From: Candidatus Rokuibacteriota bacterium
Lineage (GTDB): Bacteria > Methylomirabilota > Methylomirabilia > Rokubacteriales > DASRDR01
Length of the DNA stretch: 64,000 bases
Direction: 5' to 3'
Assembly (NCBI GenBank): GCA_044867785.1
Contig: JBIOVM010000173.1
Location: 931-64,930, forward strand
Both the position numbers and the translations under genes were made by a program. The notes beneath the pieces were generated by a model that was given only the letters and a program-made list of their open reading frames with translations, had not been told where the DNA came from and searched no databases. Below, piece after piece: positions 1 through 8,086 of this stretch (position 1 is the first letter of the stretch; each line of letters starts with the position of its first letter).

Positions 1-1463
1 GCTTCAAGGAGCGGGGCATCGCCTACACGTTCCTCGGCGCGGAGCTGCCGGGTGACGACCTGCGCGAGAACACGCTCGGCCTCGACGAGATGGTCAAGCT
101 CTACCAGGGCCTCGATGCCTATCTCATCACCAGCCGCTGGGAGGGGGCGCCCAATTCCGTGCTGGAGTGCGCGGCCACCAGGACGTGCGTGGTCAGTACC
201 CGGGTCGGCCAGTCGCCGGACATCCTTCGCCGGGACCAGCTGTTCGACGATGCGGCCGCCGGAGCCGAGCTGCTCCTGCGGGACGTGCGGGAGCGCCACC
301 TCGCGGCGGCCCTCGAGAGTGCCTACGAGCACGTGCAGAAGTTCAACTCCGATGAAGCCATCGCCGGCCGGCTGAAGTGCATCTACGAGCAGGCGCGTCT
401 GAGCGCCTCCCCGAAGCGTGAGCGGCGGGGAACGGCCCCGCGGCCGGCTCGCTGGCGGTCCCTGCTCGGCCGGCGGCCGGTGACGGTGGCGGCTCCGGAC
501 CGTGCGCAGCGCCAGGCGGAGATCACGCGGCGCGTGGCGAGCAAGCGGTCCTTCACCTTCGCCTTGTGGAACGACTTCAAGCCGCCCCCGTACGGTGGCG
601 GCAACCAATTCATGATCGCGCTCGAGGGCGCCATGCGGCGGAAGGGAATGCACACCGTCCGGAACTCCGGGGCCGGCGCGGACGCGCACGTCATCCAGTC
701 CATCTGGTTCGATCACGATCGTCTCCGCCGCGAGCGCGAGCCCGGTTCGATCGTCCTCCACCGGATCGACGGGCCGATCGAGCTGTACCGGGGCGACGAC
801 ACCCGGAGCGACGCCCGGTGCTACGAGCTCAACCGCGAGCTGGCCGACATCACCGTCATGCAGAGCGGCTGGAGCCTGCGCAAGACCTACGACCTGGGCT
901 ACCGACCCTTCCGGCCCGTCCTGATGTGGACCAGCAGCGACCCCCTGATCTTCAATCGCGCGGGCCGCGTGCCGTTCGACCGAAGCCGCAAGGTCCGCCT
1001 GATCTCCACGTCGTGGTCCGACAATCCTCGAAAGGGCCGCGCCACGTACGAATGGATGGACCGGCATCTCGACTGGAGCCGCTACGAGTACACCTTCGTC
1101 GGGCGGGGGGCGGGGGCGTTCGAGCACATCCGCGCCCAGGCGCCCGTGGACTCCGAGACCCTGGCCGGCCTGCTGAAGCAGCACGACATCTATGTCGCCG
1201 CCAGCCAGAGCGATCCGTGCTCCAACGCGCTGGTGGAGGCGCTCTGCTGCGGCCTCCCAGCGGTGTACCGGCACGACGGCGGCCACCCCGAGCTGGTGGA
1301 GTTCGGAGGGATCGGGTTCCGTGCGCCCGAGGAGATCCCCCGGGCTCTGGAACGCCTCGTCGGGTCGTACGAGGCGTTCCAGGGAAGCATCTGGGTGGAC
1401 GGCATCGACGAGCTCGCCCAGAAGTACATCGACTGCGTGCGCCTGGCCGGCGAACTGGATTGA
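1..1463 (+). CDS. Two-module GT-B glycosyltransferase, 5' partial (C-terminal half of a GT1/GT4-like module fused in frame to a second GT1/GT4-like module)
   Basis: Frame 3 is open to the left window edge (FKERGIAYTFLG... precedes the tracked Met). Two copies of the GT-B C-terminal sugar-nucleotide motif are present: SRWEGAPNSVLECAATRTCVVSTRVGQ and SQSDPCSNALVEALCCGLPAVYRHDGGHPELVEFGGIGF. GC3 is high throughout. Confidence 0.7.
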   Translation, partial: FKERGIAYTFLGAELPGDDLRENTLGLDEMVKLYQGLDAYLITSRWEGAPNSVLECAATRTCVVSTRVGQSPDILRRDQLFDDAAAGAELLLRDVRERHLAAALESAYEHVQKFNSDEAIAGRLKCIYEQARLSASPKRERRGTAPRPARWRSLLGRRPVTVAAPDRAQRQAEITRRVASKRSFTFALWNDFKPPPYGGGNQFMIALEGAMRRKGMHTVRNSGAGADAHVIQSIWFDHDRLRREREPGSIVLHRIDGPIELYRGDDTRSDARCYELNRELADITVMQSGWSLRKTYDLGYRPFRPVLMWTSSDPLIFNRAGRVPFDRSRKVRLISTSWSDNPRKGRATYEWMDRHLDWSRYEYTFVGRGAGAFEHIRAQAPVDSETLAGLLKQHDIYVAASQSDPCSNALVEALCCGLPAVYRHDGGHPELVEFGGIGFRAPEEIPRALERLVGSYEAFQGSIWVDGIDELAQKYIDCVRLAGELD

Positions 1464-1876
1464 ACTGGCGACCCGGCCGCGTTCCTTGTGAGGCCATCGT
1501 GTATGGATCGAGGGCGATGACACTTGGTACGGCGAGCGGGTAGTGTCGCTGAACGGCCGGGAGGGCGACCTGCCGTCGCTCGGGGCGCGGCTCAATCGAA
1601 GCGCGGACCGGCTTCGCCCGTGCTGCCCGAATCTCGGGGCGTTGGCCGCGATGGACGTCGCGTTCGTGTCGACGTTCGAGCAGACGGCCTTCCGGCTCTG
1701 CATGTGGCCCATCAAAGCTGCCTTCCTGCTCGGCCACGCGGTGTCCTCCGGGCGGCGGCTCCTGAGAGGCCGGTCCGGCGGCGGATGATCGCGATCAGAA
1801 GCGGCGGCCCCGCGTGCGACCCGCGCCCGTCGCGGCCGGCAGCGCAGTCCGGATGCCGCTGAGGAGGGGCGGGCGC

Positions 1877-3613
1877 ATGGTGCCACCGCCCGAGATCCCG
1901 GAGCCGACCGCCCCGGTCGACTCGACAGTCTCCGGGCGGCGGGTCGTCGGGTGGCGAATCACGGCGGGGGTCGCCATTGCGCTGCTCGTTCTTCCGGTGC
2001 TGCTCGATCTGAGGGCCTCGGGCGACTTCGGAAGCTACCGGTACGTTGCGGCCGATTCCTTCTATTATCTGACCGTCGCCCGCAACGCCGCCATCATGGG
2101 CCGCTTCAGCTTCGATCAGGAGAGGGCGACCAACGGGTTTCAGCCCTTGTGGCAGATGCTCCTGGTTCCCGTATACCACGTGGCCAGATGGGGCGGCATC
2201 TCGGATAGCGGCTTCCTCGGGATCGTGATCGTGCTCAACCTGCTCTTGATCTCGGTGGCGTTGTACTGGACGGCCATCGTCGTGAGAGAGCGGGCGGCCC
2301 TGTCCCCCCTGTTCGTTCTCATGCCGGTGGGGGTCATGGCGCTGCTCATCTCGCCCATGTGGATCACGCTCGGCCCCGTGGGCGTGAGGGCCCAGTCCGC
2401 TGCGGAAGGCGGCCGGCCCCTGTACACGACGCTCTGGAGTTACGCCAACGGCATGGAGAGTAGCCTGGTTCTCCTGATCTACGGCGCCATTGCCGTCGTC
2501 TTCGTCCGGGGCTGGCACACGCGAGGTCCGGCGTCCGGCGCCGCATTCGGCCTGCTCCTGGGCGCGTTCGTGCTCGCGCGCCTGGATCACGCGCCGCTGC
2601 CGCTGCTCGTTATCGGCTGGCTGCTCGTGGCCGCGACGAGGCGCCGGACGGCGCTGGCGGCGGCGCTGGCTGCGACGGTGACGTGTGGGGCGGTGGTGGG
2701 GGCGTACCTTGCGTTCAATCAGATCGCGTTCGGGGACCCGCTCCCGGTGAGTGGACGGCTCAAGACGTCATTTCCACATCTCGTCGACTGGAACCTCAAT
2801 CTCTTGGAGAGAACCATCCGAGGGAAATGGCCCGGCCTTGGCCTGGCGGCCCGTCTGGCGCAAGCCACGATCCCCGCGCTGGCCGCGGGAGTCTACCTCT
2901 CGACGCCTCGGGGACGGCGACCCGGCGCGTCGCCCATCGACGTGTTGTTCACGCTGACCGCAGTTGCCGTGATCGTCATCGCCGCCTACAACGTCTTCTT
3001 CGTCGAGTTCTGGCATCAGGGACACTGGTATTTCCCGATGTCGTCCTTCTGGCTGTCGGCCGTCACGGTGCGCGCACTGGGCCGTCGGCTCGCGCGCGAG
3101 CCCGTGCCGATCGGATCCTGGTGCGCGTGGGCGCTGCCCTCGAGCGCGCTCGTTCTCGCCGTGTTCGTCGCGCTCGGGCGGGATCCCGCCTACCATCGCG
3201 ACTTCGGCGTCTTCCAGTTGGAGGAGGTCCCGCGCATCCAGGCTCACTACGGGACGGAACGACCGCGCCTCGTGGAGTATGACGACGGCATCGTCGCCTA
3301 CGCGACGGGTTATCCGGCAATGTCGGGTACGGGCCTCGCGCTCGACCGTGAAGCCGTACGGTACTTCAAGCAGAAGCGACTGTTCGAGCTGGCGATGGTG
3401 CGGGGCTTCGACCGCGTCGCATCGATCCAGTACTTCAGGCCGCCGGGGGAGATGGTCCCGAAGGCTGGCGAGTCCGCTGACTCGTCACCGGCGCTCCGTC
3501 AGTGGATCGAGTGGAATCTCGGATCGCGCGCCTTGGCCAAGTACGAGTTCCGGGTCGAGTATCGGTCGGAATCCGGTCGCTTCGTCATCTTGCGGGCGAC
3601 CCGTCGTCGGTAG
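1877..3613 (+). CDS. Polytopic membrane protein, GT-C-like putative glycosyltransferase with soluble C-terminal domain
   Basis: GAGGAGG lies 9-10 nt upstream of ATG 1877, which I prefer over the tracked 1814 start. There are about 10 hydrophobic spans. An early loop AADSFYYLTVARN...TNGFQPLW resembles the acidic D-x-x-Y loop of GT-C enzymes. Functional assignment is by resemblance only. Confidence 0.55.
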   Translation: MVPPPEIPEPTAPVDSTVSGRRVVGWRITAGVAIALLVLPVLLDLRASGDFGSYRYVAADSFYYLTVARNAAIMGRFSFDQERATNGFQPLWQMLLVPVYHVARWGGISDSGFLGIVIVLNLLLISVALYWTAIVVRERAALSPLFVLMPVGVMALLISPMWITLGPVGVRAQSAAEGGRPLYTTLWSYANGMESSLVLLIYGAIAVVFVRGWHTRGPASGAAFGLLLGAFVLARLDHAPLPLLVIGWLLVAATRRRTALAAALAATVTCGAVVGAYLAFNQIAFGDPLPVSGRLKTSFPHLVDWNLNLLERTIRGKWPGLGLAARLAQATIPALAAGVYLSTPRGRRPGASPIDVLFTLTAVAVIVIAAYNVFFVEFWHQGHWYFPMSSFWLSAVTVRALGRRLAREPVPIGSWCAWALPSSALVLAVFVALGRDPAYHRDFGVFQLEEVPRIQAHYGTERPRLVEYDDGIVAYATGYPAMSGTGLALDREAVRYFKQKRLFELAMVRGFDRVASIQYFRPPGEMVPKAGESADSSPALRQWIEWNLGSRALAKYEFRVEYRSESGRFVILRATRRR

Positions 3614-3637
3614 GGGCGCGGCGCGCGGGGGGGACGC

Positions 3638-5467
3638 TCAAGGCGAGGGCGTCGACGCGGTCTGGAGCGCGTGGAGACGCCGATAGGTGGGACTGGCTTC
3701 CAGGACCTGCGGGTGCGGGCCGACCGCCTCGATGCGACCGCGGTTCAGGACGACGATGCGGTCGGCGTGGACGACCGTGGACAGGCGGTGCGCGATCACG
3801 ATGATCGTGGTCTCCCGGCCGATCCGGTCGATGGCCTTCTGGACCTCGCGCTCGGCTTCGCTGTCGAGCGCACTCGTGGCCTCGTCGAGGACGAGGAGCG
3901 AGGGTCGGGCATAGATGGCCCGGGCGATGGCGATCCGCTGGCGCTGGCCGCCCGACAAGCGGACGCCGCGATCGCCCAGCGGGGTATCGAGACCCTGGGG
4001 CAGCTCGCGGACGAACTCCTCGGCGTTCGCCGCCCAAAGGGCGTGCGCGAGCGCCTCCGGATCGGCCGGCCGATGAAACGCGACGTTGTCCCGCACGCTG
4101 GCGTTGAAGAGCAACGCCTCCTGCGCCACCACGCCGAAGTGGCCACGGTAGCTCGCCTGCGTGAAGTCGCGGATGTCCACTCCGTCGTACCGGATGGCCC
4201 CGGCGCTGACGTCGAAGAGCCGGAGGACGAGGTCGGCGAGCGTCGTCTTGCCGGAGCCGCTGGGGCCGACGATGGCGACCGTCTCGCCCCGGCGAATCTC
4301 GAGGGAGACGTCGTTCAGCACGGGACGACCGGGCTCGTGTGCGAACGACACGGCGTCCAGCACGATGCTTCCCTGGAGCGGATGGGCCTCCACGGTGCCG
4401 TCCGCCATCCCGCTCTGGGTGGCGAACATGTCCACGATGCGCGCCGCGGTGCCCCGCGTCGCGGCGAGCGTGACGCCCTGCCGGAAGATGATCGACAAGG
4501 GCCCGAGGAACTGCTGCGAGAGATAGAAAAAGAGCGCGGCCGCCTGAAGTGTCAGGCGCCCGCGGCTCACCGCGTGAAAGGTGATGACGAGGACGACGGC
4601 CGCCACGAGCGCGTCGGCCACCATCCGGATGGGGATGTCGGCCTCGCCGACGACGCGGGCGCGCCGGGCCGCGCGACGATAGGCCTCGGCGGTCGTCCAC
4701 ACCTGGCGGGACTCGTGACGCTCGGCGGCGAAGGACTTGATGGCCCGGATGCCCGCGAACGTCTCGAGGATGCGAGCGCCGACGTCGCCCTGGCGGTCGG
4801 CCTGGCGCAGCGAGCGGCGGTAGACCAGATCCCTGAGGCCGCGCGTCACCAGCAGGTGGACCGATCCCATCGTGAGGATGGCGACCGTGAAGAGGGCGTC
4901 GGTGCGGAACATGACGAGGAGGGTGAGCGCGACCTGTGCCGTAGACTGGAGGACTTGGCGCACCATGACATCGAGGGCTCCCGCCACGCGGCCGACGTCG
5001 CCGGTGAGCCGGGTCACCAGCTCTCCGGTCCGGCGCTTGTGGAAGTAGCCGAGTGGCAAGGCCAGCAGGTGAGCATGCAGCGCGACCAGCATGTCGCGCT
5101 GGACCGCGAGCTGCATGTGGGCGAGCAGGATCTGGGCGACCAGGCTCAGGACGGCCACGGCCAGGGTGATCAGGAGAAAGAGCCCGGCGGCGTGGAGCCC
5201 CATTCTGATGGGGTCCGACGGATCGAGCCCGAGGATGGCGGCCAGCGTGGGCCCGACGTTGTTCAGTGTGAGGTCCGACAGGCGGGTCGCGGGCTGGCCC
5301 CGAGCTCCCGTGAACGCATCGAGAGCGGGGGCGAGCACCAGGGGCCGGAGCGTGAAGCCGAAGCCGACCGCCACGTTGAGCGCGACCACGCTCGCCAACC
5401 AGCGGCTGTAGGGGCGCAGGAAGCGCCGGAGGAGACCGCCGATCGCTCTCGGAGCCGGCTCGCTCAT
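3638..5467 (-). CDS. ABC exporter, fused permease/ATPase (MsbA/type I exporter-like)
   Basis: N-terminal 6-TM domain followed by Walker A GPSGSGKTT, signature LSGGQRQR, Walker B LLVLDEATSALD and H-loop IAHRLST. Confidence 0.9.
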   Translation of the reverse strand: MSEPAPRAIGGLLRRFLRPYSRWLASVVALNVAVGFGFTLRPLVLAPALDAFTGARGQPATRLSDLTLNNVGPTLAAILGLDPSDPIRMGLHAAGLFLLITLAVAVLSLVAQILLAHMQLAVQRDMLVALHAHLLALPLGYFHKRRTGELVTRLTGDVGRVAGALDVMVRQVLQSTAQVALTLLVMFRTDALFTVAILTMGSVHLLVTRGLRDLVYRRSLRQADRQGDVGARILETFAGIRAIKSFAAERHESRQVWTTAEAYRRAARRARVVGEADIPIRMVADALVAAVVLVITFHAVSRGRLTLQAAALFFYLSQQFLGPLSIIFRQGVTLAATRGTAARIVDMFATQSGMADGTVEAHPLQGSIVLDAVSFAHEPGRPVLNDVSLEIRRGETVAIVGPSGSGKTTLADLVLRLFDVSAGAIRYDGVDIRDFTQASYRGHFGVVAQEALLFNASVRDNVAFHRPADPEALAHALWAANAEEFVRELPQGLDTPLGDRGVRLSGGQRQRIAIARAIYARPSLLVLDEATSALDSEAEREVQKAIDRIGRETTIIVIAHRLSTVVHADRIVVLNRGRIEAVGPHPQVLEASPTYRRLHALQTASTPSP

Positions 5468-5555
5468 CCGGGACCCATGGGCACGACGCCGGCCGCGGTC
5501 CCGACGGCCGTCGGCGCCGCGTGGAGCGACTTCCGGCGACGGGCCGCCCGTCGGG

Positions 5556-6140
5556 TCACGCGTGAAACGTCACGATCTGCGCCGCGGACAGCCCCTGGGC
5601 GCGCAACCGCGCGACGACGCCGGGCGCGGGCGCGAAGCTGGCGACGATGACCAGCTCGGCGGCGCCCGGGGTCAGCTCGCTGACGGGGTGGACCGGCAGG
5701 CCCAGGAAGGTCTTGGCCGCGGCGTCCTCGCCGAAGACGGCCTTCACGTCCAACCCCAGCTCCCGGAGGGTGAGGAACGCGAGCTCGGCCGCTTCCTCCG
5801 TGCCGTAGAGGGCCACGTCAGGCCGCCCGCGCTGCACGAGGGGACGCAGCTTCTGACGGAGGGCCATCCGCGTCTCCCGGTAGAGCTGGCGCGAATAGTC
5901 CATGTACTCGTACGTGAGCCGCGTCTTCTGCGCCATGCCCCTGGCCGTCAACAAGTACCGGACGCGACGGGGCGAGATCGAGGTGATCTTGATGTAGCCC
6001 TTGCGCGCGAGACGCTTGAGGTAGAGGTTCGTCAGCCCGAGCGCGATGCCCAGCCGCGCCGCGAGCCCCCGCTGGGTGACCTCGTCGCAGAGAGCCAGCT
6101 CGGCTAGGATCTCGAGGTCCCGCAGCGCCTCGCGTTCCAT
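5556..6140 (-). CDS. Winged-helix transcriptional regulator with C-terminal Rossmann-like (CoA-binding-type) domain
   Basis: The N-terminus ILAELALCDEVTQRGLAARLGIALGLTNLYLKRLARKGYIKI is a typical wHTH. The C-terminus DVALYGTEEAAELAFL...LGLPVHPVSEL...ELVIVAS resembles the Rossmann module found at the N-terminus of polysaccharide sugar transferases and dehydratases. Confidence 0.6.
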   Translation of the reverse strand: MEREALRDLEILAELALCDEVTQRGLAARLGIALGLTNLYLKRLARKGYIKITSISPRRVRYLLTARGMAQKTRLTYEYMDYSRQLYRETRMALRQKLRPLVQRGRPDVALYGTEEAAELAFLTLRELGLDVKAVFGEDAAAKTFLGLPVHPVSELTPGAAELVIVASFAPAPGVVARLRAQGLSAAQIVTFHA

Positions 6141-6163
6141 TGATGTTCAGGAGTTGAACATCA
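6141..6163. promoter_or_regulatory. Perfect inverted repeat TGATGTTCA-N5-TGAACATCA abutting the regulator start codon (candidate operator)
   Basis: Arms at 6141-6149 and 6155-6163 are exact reverse complements. The repeat is AT-rich relative to its surroundings and lies directly 5' of the minus-strand ATG at 6140. Confidence 0.5.
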
Positions 6164-6226
6164 GCCCCGCCTCCGTGTCAACGCATATCCGCGGGCCCCC
6201 GCTCCGCGTCGTTCGACGAGCAGCGG

Positions 6227-7600
6227 CTAGTACGGCAGCCCGGGCCGCCGCCCTCGCGAGCCACCGAGCCACACCGACGTTAGATGATGGAAGCCCACTC
6301 CGGCGAGGATCGCGAGCAATGGCGCGATCGGCGCGCGGAAGCGCGGATAGGCCTCCGGTCCGCTCGCCAGCAGCACGAGGTATCCCGTCAGGAATGCTGC
6401 CGCCACGACGAGGAGGCGGGCGGCCCTGGTCTGCCCCGACCAGCCCCACAAGGCGATCATGGCGAGCCCGTACGTGACGACGAGATGCACCAACGCGAGA
6501 GCGAACAACAGGAACTCGCCGGGCCGACCGACCACCCACGCACGCAGGAACGTCGGCACGTCGCCACGCAGCAGATCGCCGGCGGGGCCCGACGGCTGAT
6601 CCACGCCCACCACGTGGAGCAGCGCATTCTCTCCCGGCGCGAGCATCATCCGGGCGAAGCCCTCGGCGACGGTTCTCATCGCCAGCCATGGCTCGGCGCG
6701 GACGATGCGCCGCCCCTCGGCGCCCGCGGCTTCCAGGAACCTGATGCCCTCGAGATGGGGATATCGCTGCTCGATCTCGCGCAGCACCCGGTCCTGAGCG
6801 GCCTCGAACGAAATCCCGTCCCGCAGGGCCACGACGCCGGCGGCCCGGTACCTGAAGAGGTTCACGTTCTTGGTCTGGCTGAACTCCGCTGATCCGCTCA
6901 CCCGCACGTTCCGCACCTGCCACGCGCCGAGGAGCACGAGGGCCGGAAGGAGCACCAAAGCGGCACCGGCCCAGGCGCGCCGAGTGGTCTCCCCATCGCG
7001 GCGCGCCACCAGCACCGTGACCACGGCGGCCAGCGCCGGCAGGTAGTACGCGATCGGTCTCGTCAACGCCATCGTCGCCAGCACGACGCTCGAGAGCGCG
7101 GCCAGCACCAGCCGGCGTGGCCGGTCGGCCCGGGACCGGCACGTCTCGATCCACAGGAAGACGAACCACACGAGCTGAAAGGTGAAGAGCGTTTCCGTCA
7201 GGAGGTACTGGGAGCTGGCGAAGAACACGACGTCCAGGCCAAGCACCACGACCGCCGCCCACGCCGCCGCGACACCCGCCCGCCCGGCCATCCGTCCCAC
7301 GAGAGCCAGGATCGTGCCGCCCATCAGGATCTGGATCCCGACGATGACGGCGGGGTGGCGACCGAAGACCGCATAGCCGGCGGCGATCAGCGCCGGATAG
7401 CCGGGGGTCCGGTGGACTTGCGGCTCACGCGACCCGGGCGCCGTCCAGAACCGGCCGTCGACGAGGAGGGCGAGCGCCGACTTCTCGTAGCTCTCGGTGT
7501 CGGGGGCGATCGCGCGTTGCGGATCGTGATGCTGGACCCAGGCGGCCACGGACACCTGAAGCGCGAGCCACAGCGCGACCGCAGCACCCAGGCGCGTCAT
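6227..7600 (-). CDS. Polytopic membrane protein, ArnT/PMT-like GT-C family putative glycosyltransferase
   Basis: I chose the start at MTRLGAAVALWLALQ (ATG 7600). The upstream part of the tracked 680-aa ORF is Arg/Pro-rich with poor GC3 and runs into the asnB promoter region. The motif PDTESYEKSA...RTPGYPALIA matches the GT-C first-loop pattern. There are more than 10 hydrophobic spans. Confidence 0.6.
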   Translation of the reverse strand: MTRLGAAVALWLALQVSVAAWVQHHDPQRAIAPDTESYEKSALALLVDGRFWTAPGSREPQVHRTPGYPALIAAGYAVFGRHPAVIVGIQILMGGTILALVGRMAGRAGVAAAWAAVVVLGLDVVFFASSQYLLTETLFTFQLVWFVFLWIETCRSRADRPRRLVLAALSSVVLATMALTRPIAYYLPALAAVVTVLVARRDGETTRRAWAGAALVLLPALVLLGAWQVRNVRVSGSAEFSQTKNVNLFRYRAAGVVALRDGISFEAAQDRVLREIEQRYPHLEGIRFLEAAGAEGRRIVRAEPWLAMRTVAEGFARMMLAPGENALLHVVGVDQPSGPAGDLLRGDVPTFLRAWVVGRPGEFLLFALALVHLVVTYGLAMIALWGWSGQTRAARLLVVAAAFLTGYLVLLASGPEAYPRFRAPIAPLLAILAGVGFHHLTSVWLGGSRGRRPGLPY

Positions 7601-8086
7601 CGGACGGTCATCCGCTCCCCCGGGAGCGCCCGCGGCCCGCTGGCGCCGGCGACGCGGAGGATCGAGCGGGTCATTGAGCGCCCCGCTTAGTCTACAGCCT
7701 CGGTACCGTCCGGCTCGGCGGGCGGCTCGAGAAGCCGGTGACGGCCACCGCGGCGGCCGGAAGGCCGTCGCCCGCTCCTGCGCGCGCAGGACGCTCGATC
7801 GCGGAAAGCGCTGGGCTACAATGCGATGTGCGCGACGTGGACGTGTCTCGGTTCGGCCGGCGCTCGCCGCTCGTGAGCCTGACGTGACGGTGACAGCAGG
7901 TGTGGCCGGAAGACGACGGCCGGGGCGCCAGCGGAGAACCGTGATGGAGGAACGTCGGATGCACGTCGCCGTGGCCGTGAGCCGAGCGGGAAGGACGCGG
8001 GGGACCTCGCATGACGAGGGGGATCTCGGGACGCAGATTCGTGGGCGCCCATGCCCGTCCGTGCCAGAGGTGGGGAGCTCTCTAGC

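Noticed and set aside
1543-1788. An 81-aa ORF (or a 45-aa version from ATG 1651, MDVAFVSTFEQTAFRLCMWPIKAAFLLGHAV...) in the 410-nt gap between the first glycosyltransferase and the membrane protein.
   Set aside because: GC3 is fairly high from 1651 on, so it might be a real micro-protein. It has no SD, no motif and no defined partner. The evidence is insufficient to call it.
8051-8086. Longer tracked N-termini for several genes: asnB from 8051, the WecA-like gene from 14873, the glycosyltransferase from 13276, rnj from 45436, the trpE ORF from 54538 and the trpG ORF from 53279.
   Set aside because: The extensions are Arg/Gly/Pro-rich, overlap upstream genes or promoters, or break family rules (AsnB needs Cys as residue 2). 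I chose internal starts that have an SD, a stop/start overlap or an adjacent -10 box.
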